From positions 32,001 through 96,000 of IMG/VR virus record IMGVR_UViG_2929701070_000001: DNA of 64,000 nucleotides. The stretch is one strand, 5' to 3'. The number at the start of each line of letters is the position of its first letter. Positions within the stretch are counted from its first letter, which is position 1. The notes under the pieces were generated by a model. The model had not been told where the DNA came from. It worked only from the letters and a program-made list of their open reading frames with translations, and made no database searches. Positions 48,350 to 57,199 of this stretch are shown in pieces. The position numbers and the translations under genes were made by a program. Source of the stretch: a virus (lineage: Duplodnaviria > Caudoviricetes).

Positions 48350-49573
48350 ATGACCAGCCCCAACGAACTACCGGCCGGCATTGCCCGGCACCTCACCGAC
48401 ACCGACATCGCCCTCCTCATCACCGACCGGAACCTCAACGTCGTCGGCGACGTGATCCGCTGCTGGAGAACCGTCGACTGCACGCTGCGACACAACGAGG
48501 TCGGATCCGGCCAGTTCACCGCACCCGGCTACCCGTGGATCCGTAGCCAGGTTGACGCCGGCAACCGGGTGGTGGTGGTCCGCGCCGGCGACATTTTCAT
48601 GTCCGGGCCGATCGAAGGCTCCCAGGTGGAGCAGTCCGACGACGGCGAGAACTCCGGCGTCGGCGTGTTGACGGTCAACTTCTCCGACGACCTGTCGCGC
48701 ATCGCGGACCGGCTCGTCTACCCCGACCCGACACAAACCCCGGAAGGGCAGATGGTGGACGCGTGGACGTTCACCGGAGTCGGTGAGCAGGTGCTGCGCA
48801 CCTTGGTCGACGTAAACGCCGGCCCGAACGCCCGTACTGAGCGGCGGGTGCCGCAACTGATCCTCGCCAACCCCAACAGTCCGCTGGTGGGGTCGTCGGT
48901 GACGGTGTCGTCGCGGCTGGAACCTCTCGCTGAGGTACTGCGCCGTGTCGCCTTGTCCGCGGGTGGGCTCGGGTTCCGCACCCGCCAGGACCCAAACCAG
49001 AACAAGATCCTGTTCGAGGTGTTTCAGCCCCGCGACCTGTCCGGCACTGTCCGGTTCGGGTTCGGGTTGCAGAACCTGCGGTACCTGAACGTGGCCCGGC
49101 AGGCACCCACCGCCTCCACGGTCATCGTCGGCGGGCAAGGCGACGGCGGCGACCGGATGCTCACGTCCCGCACCAACACGTCAGCGGAATCGTCGTGGGG
49201 GCGGGTCGAGACGTACGTGCCGCGGCCCGGCTCCGACCCCGTCGCCGAACTGCATGAGGCCGCCGACCATGCCCTCGCCGACGGCGCCGAAACGGTCCGG
49301 TTACAGACGTCGGCGTGGGACACCCCCGACCAGCGGTACCCCGACCACTACCGGCTCGGTGACCGCGTGTCCGTGCAGGTCGGCCCCGCCGAGGAAGTGT
49401 CCGACCTGGTGCGGCTCGTGCACCTCCAAGCGTGGGACACCGCCGGCGAGCTCGTCTCCGCGATGGTCGGCACCCAAGACGCGTCCAGCGACCCTGCGTG
49501 GCTGCGGCAGATGCGCGGCATCGACCGCCGCCTCGCCTACCTGGAACGCACCGCCGTTCCCTCGACCGGCTGA
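48350..49573 (+). CDS. Minor tail protein (siphovirus Gp37/Tal-like hub)
   Basis: R.N.VGSG, LGFR, VGGQG.G..R, WGR.E.Y, DY.LGD.V. Confidence 0.8.
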   Translation: MTSPNELPAGIARHLTDTDIALLITDRNLNVVGDVIRCWRTVDCTLRHNEVGSGQFTAPGYPWIRSQVDAGNRVVVVRAGDIFMSGPIEGSQVEQSDDGENSGVGVLTVNFSDDLSRIADRLVYPDPTQTPEGQMVDAWTFTGVGEQVLRTLVDVNAGPNARTERRVPQLILANPNSPLVGSSVTVSSRLEPLAEVLRRVALSAGGLGFRTRQDPNQNKILFEVFQPRDLSGTVRFGFGLQNLRYLNVARQAPTASTVIVGGQGDGGDRMLTSRTNTSAESSWGRVETYVPRPGSDPVAELHEAADHALADGAETVRLQTSAWDTPDQRYPDHYRLGDRVSVQVGPAEEVSDLVRLVHLQAWDTAGELVSAMVGTQDASSDPAWLRQMRGIDRRLAYLERTAVPSTG

Positions 49574-49583
49574 GAGGACCACC

Positions 49584-50504
49584 GTGGCATCCGACTCCTA
49601 CCCCCGCCCCGGCAACAACTCCGGGATCGTCACCGAGCTGATGTACGAGCGGCTGGCGTCCCTCGAAGCAGCCGACGGGGTGCTCGGCCACCCGGGGGAC
49701 ACGGCGCCGGTGTACGCCGACGGGGTGGGCACCCGCACCGTGCGGGTGCGGGCGAACCGGCGCGCCCGCGTGCGCGGGTTCATGTACGACAGCGGCCCGG
49801 AAGACGTCAACGTCCAGCTGCCGGCGAACACGTCCGGCACCACCCGCGTCGACCTGATCGTGGCGCGGCTGGACCGTGCCACGTGGCGGGTGCAGGAAAC
49901 CTACATTCAGGGCACCCCGGGGCAGGGCGCCCCGGCGCCGGTCCGGCAGGTCACCAGCGGGGTGTACGACCTGCCGCTGGCGAAGGTGACCGTCGCCCAC
50001 AACGCCACGGCCCTCGCCCCGGGCACCGTCGCGGTGGCCTGCTGGTACGTCGGCACCGACGGGCAGATCCGCTGCACCCCCGACACCCGGCCGCCGCACG
50101 AGGCAGGCCGGGTGGTGTGGGACACCGTCAACGGCTACCTCGTGTCGACGGGTGGGCGCTGGCTACTCGGCGTGGAGGACTCCGGCCTGACGGCGCTGGC
50201 CATGCTCAACAACTTCGCGGCCAACGAGAACCACGTGCAGCGGCGTAACGGGTGGGCGTTCGCTGACCTGACCTTCCGGCGTCCGACCGCCGGAATGAAC
50301 GGCGGCACCGCCTACACGATCGCCCGGCTGCCCGACGGGTTCCGCCCGCCCTTCACCTACCAGACCAACGCGCAGTGCCCGTCGGCGCAGGTCACGGTCA
50401 CTGTCGCGGTCCGCGAAGACGGATACATCAACGTCAACCCCGGCGCGGACATCCCAGCGAACCGGGCGGTCGTCCTCGACGCCCTCAACCACCCCGTCGC
50501 CTAG
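49584..50504 (+). CDS. Minor tail/baseplate protein
   Basis: R.DL.V.RLD, QGTPG.GAP, YDLPLA.V; C-terminal LP.GFRP domain. Confidence 0.75.
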   Translation: MASDSYPRPGNNSGIVTELMYERLASLEAADGVLGHPGDTAPVYADGVGTRTVRVRANRRARVRGFMYDSGPEDVNVQLPANTSGTTRVDLIVARLDRATWRVQETYIQGTPGQGAPAPVRQVTSGVYDLPLAKVTVAHNATALAPGTVAVACWYVGTDGQIRCTPDTRPPHEAGRVVWDTVNGYLVSTGGRWLLGVEDSGLTALAMLNNFAANENHVQRRNGWAFADLTFRRPTAGMNGGTAYTIARLPDGFRPPFTYQTNAQCPSAQVTVTVAVREDGYINVNPGADIPANRAVVLDALNHPVA

Positions 50505-50523
50505 ACAAGAGGAGTTGCCCACT

Positions 50524-51225
50524 GTGGCGCGCTACATGTTCGGCGGCGGTATCGCCGACTACACCATGATTCTCGGCGACACCGTCACTGTCGGCGGATT
50601 CACCGGTCACCCGGTGGTGGCGGTCGGCGGGCAGCCGGTCACCTTCTGGACGGCCGAGGAAGGCGGCTCGCAGCACACCGACCTGCTCGACACCGAGGCG
50701 CAGCCGGTCTCGACTGTCCTGTCGGAGGACGGGACGGGTATCCGCGCGGTGGGGCAGATCCCCCGGTTCAGCGGTCCCGACGGGATAACCACCATGTGGG
50801 CGCAGGCCGGTGACGGCCCTCGCGCTCTGATGGTGACCACCGACGCGGCGGACGCGACCGGCGACATCGGCACGATCCTGCCGCCGCTGTCGGTGTCCGG
50901 GCCGGTGACCACCGGTGTCGGAGTGCACCGCCTGTACAACGACACCACCGCCACCCTGCTCATCGCCGGGGTCCGTGCCTCGGTGGGCACCGCCCCAACC
51001 GGCGGTTCCGTGATCGTGGACGTCAACCGCAACGGCACCACCATCTTCGCCGCCCAGTCGGAACGGCCCACCATCCCCGCCGGCGGCAACACCACCGGCA
51101 AGGTCGTGCCCGCCGACGTGACCACGCTCGTACCCGGCGACTACCTGACGGTGGACGTGGACCCCGACGGCGGCGGCACCGGCGCGGCCAATCTGGTGGT
51201 GCAGATCCTCGTCACGAAGGGCTGA
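50524..51225 (+). CDS. Minor tail protein
   Basis: FW.AE.GG...TDLL, G.IP.F.GPD, TAPTG..V.VDV..NGT.IF. Confidence 0.7.
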   Translation: MARYMFGGGIADYTMILGDTVTVGGFTGHPVVAVGGQPVTFWTAEEGGSQHTDLLDTEAQPVSTVLSEDGTGIRAVGQIPRFSGPDGITTMWAQAGDGPRALMVTTDAADATGDIGTILPPLSVSGPVTTGVGVHRLYNDTTATLLIAGVRASVGTAPTGGSVIVDVNRNGTTIFAAQSERPTIPAGGNTTGKVVPADVTTLVPGDYLTVDVDPDGGGTGAANLVVQILVTKG

Positions 51226-51230
51226 CCCGG

Positions 51231-53192
51231 GTGACGACGCTGACGAACAGCTTCGAGACGGGGCTTCCCAACGGCACCACGGTCACCGCCGCGAACTCGG
51301 GCAACGGCTCGGCCGGCGCACCTTTCGATACGGTGACCATCGACTCGCCCAACACGATGGTGTACTCGACGGCCAGCCCGGCTCACGGTGCTCTCGGCGC
51401 GCGGATCACCATCGGCGCGTCCGCCGCCAACTTCTGCTACTGCGAATGGTCGACGTCGCTGCTCGCCGTCCAGAGCGGTTCCACCATCTACACCCGCATC
51501 GGGTTTTCCTACCCCACTGTGCCACCGAACTTCGGGGAGTTCGCCCTTCTGCGTGGCCTGCTCGCAACGAACCAGCGGTGGCGGGTGTCGCTGACCAACA
51601 CGGCGAAGATCGCCGTGTTCGGCCAGAGTTCCACGACGATCGCCACATCCGCTACCACCTTGGCTGCGGCCACCCACTACCGTGTTGAGGCTGCGGCGGC
51701 TGCGCATGTCTCCGCTGGCGCCATTGAGGTGCGGATCTACCTGGGGGATTCCCAGACGCCCGTGGAAACGCTGGGCCCGTTCACAGGGCAGGCCATGGGT
51801 GGCCCGATCGACCGGGTCAGGTTCGGGGTTGGCCTGTCGGCGTTCCCGTCGGTGGCCACGCAACTGGACATCGATGACGTGGGTGCGTCCACGACCACGT
51901 GGTTGGGGCCGGCGGTGGCGCTTCCGTCGGTGACGCACGCCTGGGTGGGTGCGGTCGCTCACAACTCGGCGACGGTCTCGTACGGCACCACCAACACGAC
52001 GTCGGCGCGGCTGGTCGTGTCCACCTCCGCGGACCTGTCGTCGCCGGTGTACTCGCCGGCCGCCGCCCCGAACAGCAACGGGTTCGTCAAGCTCATCCGC
52101 GGCGGACTCGACCCTGACACTGCCTACTTCTATGGCGTGGAGGCGGACGGGACGCTGCTCGCCGACGGCCGCGGCTCGTTCCGCACCGACCCGGCACCCG
52201 GGTCGCGGGCGTCGTTCAGTGTCGCCTTCGGCAGCTGCCAGCAGACCAACTCGAACGCGGAAACGTTCCAAGCCATCGCCGGGCGGGTCGGCCCGTACGG
52301 CAAGGCCCGCCGGATGTTGCACGAGGGTGACCTGCATTACCGCGATTTCGGTGCGGGCACGACCGCGGCGGACGTCGCCAACCAGTTCAAGTCGTCGCTG
52401 GCCACCCCCAACATGCGCATGCTGCTCGCCAACGTTCCCACCACGTACGTGTGGGACAACCACGACTGGGGTGGGCCGGACTCTCATGCTGCGGCACCGG
52501 CCGGACCGGTGACGGCCGACGTGTACCGGCAGGTGGTGCCGCACTACCCCCTGGCGACCGCCGGGAACACGGCGATCCACCAGTCGTTCGTGATCGGCCG
52601 GGTCCGGTTCGTCATCCTGGACACCCGTTCGCAGCGGTCCCCGCGCACGGACGCCGAATCGTCGGCGAAGACGCTGCTCGGCGCGGAGCAGAAGCAGTGG
52701 TTCAAGAACCAACTTCTGCTGCCCGAACCATTCAAGGTTGTGGTGTCGGGCATCTACTGGCGGCGCGACAGCGTCAGCGGCGACCGGTGGGGCTCCTACC
52801 AGACCGAGTGGGCGGAGATCCGCGACTGGGTGGCCGCGAACACCTCCGCGATCGGCGGCGTGCTCGTCATCTCCGGTGACCGGCACGCTCTGTACGCCGA
52901 CAACGGCACCGGCGGCGGGGCCGGCGGCACCTACTGGCCGAACGTTGGTGGCGCCCCGCTCGACCAGGGCAGCACCGAGTCTTTCGAGACGTGGACGCAC
53001 GGCTACTACGCGGGCACCCCCGGAACCAACCTCAAGGCGTTCGGGTGGCTCGACGTTGACGACGCCGGCACCAGCATCACCGTCACCTACTCCGGGATCA
53101 CCGCCCTCGACGGGCAGACCCGGGTGTCCATGACCGTCACCGCGCAGGCCGCCGCCGACTTGGCTGCCGCCCGGTGGGGCATTCACCTCTGA
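51231..53192 (+). CDS. Tail-region protein with beta-sandwich N-terminus and PhoD-family metallophosphatase domain
   Basis: FGSC, GDLHY.D, WDNHD, LDTRS.R, TLLG.EQ..W, ISGDRH; no signal peptide. Confidence 0.8.
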   Translation: MTTLTNSFETGLPNGTTVTAANSGNGSAGAPFDTVTIDSPNTMVYSTASPAHGALGARITIGASAANFCYCEWSTSLLAVQSGSTIYTRIGFSYPTVPPNFGEFALLRGLLATNQRWRVSLTNTAKIAVFGQSSTTIATSATTLAAATHYRVEAAAAAHVSAGAIEVRIYLGDSQTPVETLGPFTGQAMGGPIDRVRFGVGLSAFPSVATQLDIDDVGASTTTWLGPAVALPSVTHAWVGAVAHNSATVSYGTTNTTSARLVVSTSADLSSPVYSPAAAPNSNGFVKLIRGGLDPDTAYFYGVEADGTLLADGRGSFRTDPAPGSRASFSVAFGSCQQTNSNAETFQAIAGRVGPYGKARRMLHEGDLHYRDFGAGTTAADVANQFKSSLATPNMRMLLANVPTTYVWDNHDWGGPDSHAAAPAGPVTADVYRQVVPHYPLATAGNTAIHQSFVIGRVRFVILDTRSQRSPRTDAESSAKTLLGAEQKQWFKNQLLLPEPFKVVVSGIYWRRDSVSGDRWGSYQTEWAEIRDWVAANTSAIGGVLVISGDRHALYADNGTGGGAGGTYWPNVGGAPLDQGSTESFETWTHGYYAGTPGTNLKAFGWLDVDDAGTSITVTYSGITALDGQTRVSMTVTAQAAADLAAARWGIHL

Positions 53193-53236
53193 GAGGGGCC
53201 GCGTTGCCTCTGTCCATTGGCGTGCAAGGAGCACCC

Positions 53237-53509
53237 GTGACCGTTCGTCTTGAGTTCGACCAGGCCACGTACGGCCCGGACGAGCCGATCAACTTCCATG
53301 TCGTCGTGGAGGGAGAACCCACGTCCGTGACCCGCGATGAGGTGTTCACCGGCACCGTCACCCTCCCCGGTCAGCCGCCGCAGGAGGTGTCGGGTGCGGC
53401 CCAGGTGGTGGAGACGACCGCCTACGGAACCTTCACCAACGACCACTACACGGTGGTTCAGGACCCGGCGGACCCGTCGCGGTACACCGCCACCCCGAAC
53501 GGGGGGTGA
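53237..53509 (+). CDS. Small beta-rich protein
   Basis: SD AAGGAG; FD..TY.P.E.I motif. Confidence 0.55.
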   Translation: MTVRLEFDQATYGPDEPINFHVVVEGEPTSVTRDEVFTGTVTLPGQPPQEVSGAAQVVETTAYGTFTNDHYTVVQDPADPSRYTATPNGG

Positions 53510-53513
53510 CCCG

Positions 53514-54443
53514 GTGACGCGCGCACCCGAGAACCTGCTGACTGTCCGACGGCTGCTGCTCGACCACCTCAACATCGATGAGACGCGTGCCCGCACCGCC
53601 GACCTGGAACCCGCCGAGGTCGGCATCGTGGGCGACTCCGCCCACCGGGGCGGCTACCACTGCGGCTCCAACCGGGTGCTCACCCGCGACTACTCGGTGG
53701 TGGAGTCCCCGCGTGACAAGGCGGGTCTGACCCTGGACGCGTCGGCGTTGGACGTCGGCCTCTTCGAGGTGCGTTCCGGCGGTCGCACCCACAACCTGCA
53801 CACGTTCTCCTCCTGGTGTGTGGCGCAGTGCGTCGCGAACACACCCGACTCCCGCGACATCAGGGAAATCATCTACAGCCCCGACGGTAGGACCGTGAAG
53901 CGGTGGGACCGGCTCCGTAAGCGCAGCAGCGGGGACAGCTCCCACCTGTGGCACACCCACTTCTCGTTCTTCCGCGACTCGATCAAGGCGGGCCGCGACC
54001 AGACGCCGCTGTTCCGCCGCTACCTGACCACCATCGGACTCCTGGAGGACGACGACATGAGCGCACGGGCCGAAAGCCAGATCCACAGCATGTACACCGG
54101 CATGTTCTTCGGCGGCTCCAGCATGGGCCGCAACGTCGACCCCGACGGAGCCGGCACCCGCCCCGCCGACAATAGCCTGGTGGTGAAGCTGGACTACACC
54201 ATGCTGATGCTCGACCTCATCGCCTCCCGCACCGGCATCCCCGCCGCCGAGATCGAGCGGGTACGGGCCGCCGCCCGCGAAGGCGCCGCCGGAGCCGCCG
54301 ACCAGCTCGTGGCCGTCATCGGCGACGCGGTCCGTGACCGCGCCGGCCTGTCCGACGACGACGTCGACCGGGTCAAGCAGGCTGTCCGGGACCTGTTCGC
54401 CACCGGCATCGCCCCCGACAGCACGACGGGCGCCGCCAGCTGA
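53514..54443 (+). CDS. Endolysin (Zn peptidase, M15-like)
   Basis: GIVGD.AH.GGYH, DYS..ESPRD, ASALD, REIIYS.DG, SH.WHTH.S; position after tail genes. Confidence 0.75.
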   Translation: MTRAPENLLTVRRLLLDHLNIDETRARTADLEPAEVGIVGDSAHRGGYHCGSNRVLTRDYSVVESPRDKAGLTLDASALDVGLFEVRSGGRTHNLHTFSSWCVAQCVANTPDSRDIREIIYSPDGRTVKRWDRLRKRSSGDSSHLWHTHFSFFRDSIKAGRDQTPLFRRYLTTIGLLEDDDMSARAESQIHSMYTGMFFGGSSMGRNVDPDGAGTRPADNSLVVKLDYTMLMLDLIASRTGIPAAEIERVRAAAREGAAGAADQLVAVIGDAVRDRAGLSDDDVDRVKQAVRDLFATGIAPDSTTGAAS

Positions 54444-54460
54444 CCGGCACTCCTCCTCTG

Positions 54461-54904
54461 ATGGTCACCATTCCCTTCGCCCGCCTACCGTCCGCGCCGA
54501 GCATCCCGTGGCGCACCGTCGTGGTGCTGGTCCTCGCGAAAGCGTCATGGGACTCGGTGGGGCTCCTCGCCGGCGACATCGCCTACGCCGGACCGTCCTA
54601 CGACGTGCTGCGCGCCTTCCCACCTGCCGGTGGGATGCGGACGCACGGTGCCGTTCTCACCGCGCTCACCGTCGCGGCGATCCTGTCCGCCTACCACAGC
54701 ACGCGCACCGGCGAGGAACGCTGGCTGCGATGGTGCCTCGCCGGCTACGCCGTCTGGTACATGGGATGGACGGTCGGACTGGCGTCAGCATGGCTGTACC
54801 ACGGCCACGTCCTGTCGTGGGGTGCCCCCGCATCGGTGCTCGTGGTCGCCGTACTCGCCTTGGTGGCTGCGCGGGCCACACCGAAACAGATCGGGGGTGC
54901 ATGA
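54461..54904 (+). CDS. Four-TM membrane protein of the lysis cassette
   Basis: Four hydrophobic segments. Confidence 0.6.
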   Translation: MVTIPFARLPSAPSIPWRTVVVLVLAKASWDSVGLLAGDIAYAGPSYDVLRAFPPAGGMRTHGAVLTALTVAAILSAYHSTRTGEERWLRWCLAGYAVWYMGWTVGLASAWLYHGHVLSWGAPASVLVVAVLALVAARATPKQIGGA

Positions 54905-55249
54905 GTGTGGTCGCCAGCAGCTGGGGCTCTGCTGATCGCCGCCGACGCCGCCGCCGGTGGGGGACCACCGGTCGAACTGCTGTGGGTCGGTCAGGCGGTC
55001 ACGCTCGTGGGAATGCTCGCCACCGGGTGGGCGGCACTGAAAACGAAGCGGGTCGACGCGGACGAGTCCCGCCGGGCCCGTTTCGACGCCCGCGTCGACA
55101 AGGAACTCGATGACGCGCTGGCCGCTGTTGAGGTGCTGCGCGACAAGCTCGATAAGGAACACGCACTGCGCCTGCGGTACCAAGGCTGGCTGATCCGGGC
55201 CGGCATTGACCCGGACACCGGGAGGCCGTTCGATGAAGCACAGCCGTAA
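54905..55249 (+). CDS. Membrane-anchored coiled-coil lysis-cassette protein
   Basis: TM segment then coiled coil ending L..AGIDP. Confidence 0.55.
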   Translation: MWSPAAGALLIAADAAAGGGPPVELLWVGQAVTLVGMLATGWAALKTKRVDADESRRARFDARVDKELDDALAAVEVLRDKLDKEHALRLRYQGWLIRAGIDPDTGRPFDEAQP

Positions 55250-55844
55250 CCGATCTCCTCTCTCCCCGGTCCTCGCCGACGAGCCGCTGGTGGTCGAGGG
55301 CCTGACCCGGCGGCTGCGGATCGTGCTCCTGGCGGTGATCATCACGTTCGGGATGACGAACGTGGCGAGCTACGTCATTGGGCAGGCGGTCAGGGCGGAG
55401 GCTGACCGGGACACACGCCACCGGGTGGAGGCGTTGGAACGGCAGCTCAGCCAAGAGTTGGAGCAGCGTGGGGCGGTGCGCGACGCGGAGATCGCCGAGC
55501 AGGAAGCCGCGTTGGCTCAACTGCGGCGCGACCTGTGCGTGGCGCTGGATCGGGCGCAGCCTCGGGATGCCGCGGTTCTGGCAGCGCGGAAACGGTACGG
55601 CTGCACGGCCGACCCGAGACCGGCGGCGTTGGGGCCGTCGGCGAGGCCGGGCACCGCACCACCGGCGAGGCCGGGCGGCGGTGGACCCGAACCGGCCGAA
55701 CCGGGTGACCCGCCGCAGGGACCACAGGGCCCGTCGGGTCCTCCCGGACCGCCGGGACCACCGCCGGCTACTCGACCCCCGTCACCTCCGCCGCCAATGG
55801 ACGACGGGCTGCTGTGTCTACCTATCGTCGGTTGTCTCCTGTGA
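55233..55844 (+). CDS. Membrane-anchored coiled-coil protein with short collagen-like repeat
   Basis: TM segment, coiled coil, GPQGPSGPPGPPGPP. Confidence 0.6.
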   Translation: MKHSRNRSPLSPVLADEPLVVEGLTRRLRIVLLAVIITFGMTNVASYVIGQAVRAEADRDTRHRVEALERQLSQELEQRGAVRDAEIAEQEAALAQLRRDLCVALDRAQPRDAAVLAARKRYGCTADPRPAALGPSARPGTAPPARPGGGGPEPAEPGDPPQGPQGPSGPPGPPGPPPATRPPSPPPPMDDGLLCLPIVGCLL

Positions 55845-56168
55845 CGTGGTGTCACGCCACCAGGAGCCACCCCGGCGCACCCACCCGTCACCGACAGGTT
55901 GACCGGCCGCATCGTAGGCGGCGGGCACTTCCACCCACTCGCCGACGGCGGTAAGTTCGGCGGCCACGTCGCGGGCGCGCTGCTCGTCACGGTAGGCGCG
56001 GCACCCGACGGTGACGTCCGTGTGTTCAACCATCCACCGCCCGTCGGCGAGCAGACCGATGGTGACGTGCCGGCTCGCCCAGTGGGTGGTGTGGCCGTAC
56101 TGCCAGCGTTGGATGCGCCGCACATGGTGCAGCAGCCACGGCTCGATCCGCTCCCCGTCGTCGCCCAC
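55818..56168 (-). CDS. Hypothetical protein (antisense to the lysis cassette)
   Basis: Trp-rich 116-aa ORF filling the gap before the holin. Confidence 0.45.
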   Translation of the reverse strand: MGDDGERIEPWLLHHVRRIQRWQYGHTTHWASRHVTIGLLADGRWMVEHTDVTVGCRAYRDEQRARDVAAELTAVGEWVEVPAAYDAAGQPVGDGWVRRGGSWWRDTTSQETTDDR

Positions 56169-56265
56169 GCGCTGACCGTAGCGCGTTCAGGGTTCCTTGC
56201 ATTCGCCCGACCGCAATTCAAGCTTCGGGCAGTTTCCTTGCATCCCAAGATCCCAAGGAGGGGTC

Positions 56266-56640
56266 ATGTCTGACGTTCCCGCCCTGCCCGTGTACGGTTT
56301 CGCCCCCAACCTCGGGGGACTGCTGTCGCTGGCCATCACCGTGCTCCTGCCGATCCTCGTCGGTCTGGTCACCCGCCGCTCCACCAGCGCCTCCGCGAAG
56401 GCCGTGCTGCTGCTCCTGCTGTCCGCCGTCAACGCCGTGCTGTCCGCGTGGCTCCAGGCGGAGAACACCGCCGCGGTGTTCGAGTGGATCCCGGTGGTGT
56501 ACTCCACGGCCATCAACTTCGGCATCGCCGTCGCGGTGCACTTCGGCCTGTTCAAGCCGACCGGTGCCGCGTCGGCCGCGCAGGGCAGCCTGGTGAAGGA
56601 CAAGGTGCTCGACGGCAGCGCCGTCGAACGCCACGCCTGA
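56266..56640 (+). CDS. Holin
   Basis: SD AAGGAGG; V.LP.LVGLVT..S...KAVLL...HFGL.KPTG, three TM segments. Confidence 0.8.
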   Translation: MSDVPALPVYGFAPNLGGLLSLAITVLLPILVGLVTRRSTSASAKAVLLLLLSAVNAVLSAWLQAENTAAVFEWIPVVYSTAINFGIAVAVHFGLFKPTGAASAAQGSLVKDKVLDGSAVERHA

Positions 56641-56696
56641 CACGCCGCCCCGCAGGCTGGCGTCGTTTCTCGCTCCCCAGCGGCGACGCCACACGT

Positions 56697-56741
56697 CCGC
56701 CCCACCTCCCGCGCCTCGCGCCGGGGGTGGGGCGGACTTTT
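56697..56741 (+). terminator. Late-operon terminator
   Basis: CCGCCCCACC...GGTGGGGCGG followed by ACTTTT. Confidence 0.6.
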
Positions 56742-56768
56742 CGCGTCTGCCACACGTCATGTGTGATG

Positions 56769-56777
56769 TGCTAGTGT
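56769..56777 (+). promoter_or_regulatory. Extended -10 promoter of the Y RNA/Ro60 locus
   Basis: TG-C-TAGTGT, ending 7 nt before the 5' end of the first Y RNA. Confidence 0.55.
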
Positions 56778-56784
56778 CCGAAGC

Positions 56785-56856
56785 GCCTCCGGTGCGAAGG
56801 CGACGGGTACTTCTCTCGTAAAGGACACCCCCGTCGCCGGCCCTGATCTCGGAGGC
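56785..56856 (+). ncRNA. Y RNA 1 (minimal, no tRNA-like module)
   Basis: Terminal stem GCCTCCG/CGGAGGC, Ro-binding-type GGTGCGAAGG...TGATCTC, inner stem GGCGACGGG/CCCGTCGCC, TACTTC motif. Confidence 0.75.
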
Positions 56857-56872
56857 CACAACTAAACAGCAC

Positions 56873-57005
56873 CTCCCCGGTGCGCAGGCAGCGGTTACTT
56901 CTAAACCCATGTGTCGCAGGTTCAAGTCCTGCCGCCAGCTCAGCTGGCGTAGCTCAGATGGCAGAGCAATGGCCCAACACCGCAGCCGACTTTGATCTCG
57001 GGGAG
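56873..57005 (+). ncRNA. yrlA: Y RNA 2, YrlA-type tRNA mimic
   Basis: CTCCCCG/CGGGGAG stem; GGTGCGCAGG...TTGATCTC; permuted tRNA: T arm GCAGG-TTCAAGT-CCTGC, closed acceptor CGCCAGC-TCA-GCTGGCG, D arm GCTC-AGATGGCA-GAGC. Confidence 0.88.
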
Positions 57006-57020
57006 TACAACTTCTGGTGT

Positions 57021-57154
57021 TGCCCGGTGCGCAGGACGCGGTTACTTCCTCTCGCAAAAGGTGAGACGCGGGTTCAAATCCCGTCGCCGACCTCGGTCGG
57101 TGTGGACGAGTGGCCTAAGTCGCATTGTTACCGCATCCGACTTGATCTCGGGCA
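57021..57154 (+). ncRNA. yrlA: Y RNA 3, YrlA-type tRNA mimic
   Basis: TGCCCG/CGGGCA stem; same Ro motif; T arm GCGGG-TTCAAAT-CCCGT, closed acceptor CGCCGAC-CTCG-GTCGGTG, D arm GAC-GAGTGGCCTAA-GTC. Confidence 0.85.
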
Positions 57155-57199
57155 TCACACCTGAACGCGACTCCCCTCCTCACGGAAGGGAGTTTCTTC

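Noticed and set aside
56873-57154. Two canonical tRNA genes (GGTTCAA.TCC T-loops, D-loop motifs)
   Set aside because: Arms are in permuted order (T arm, closed acceptor, D arm), there is no anticodon loop or CCA end, and they are embedded in Ro-binding stems, so they are Y RNAs
56785-57154. CRISPR-like repeat array (recurring CCGGTGCG..AGG / TGATCTCGG)
   Set aside because: Unit lengths are unequal, repeats are split into paired halves, and there are no cas genes
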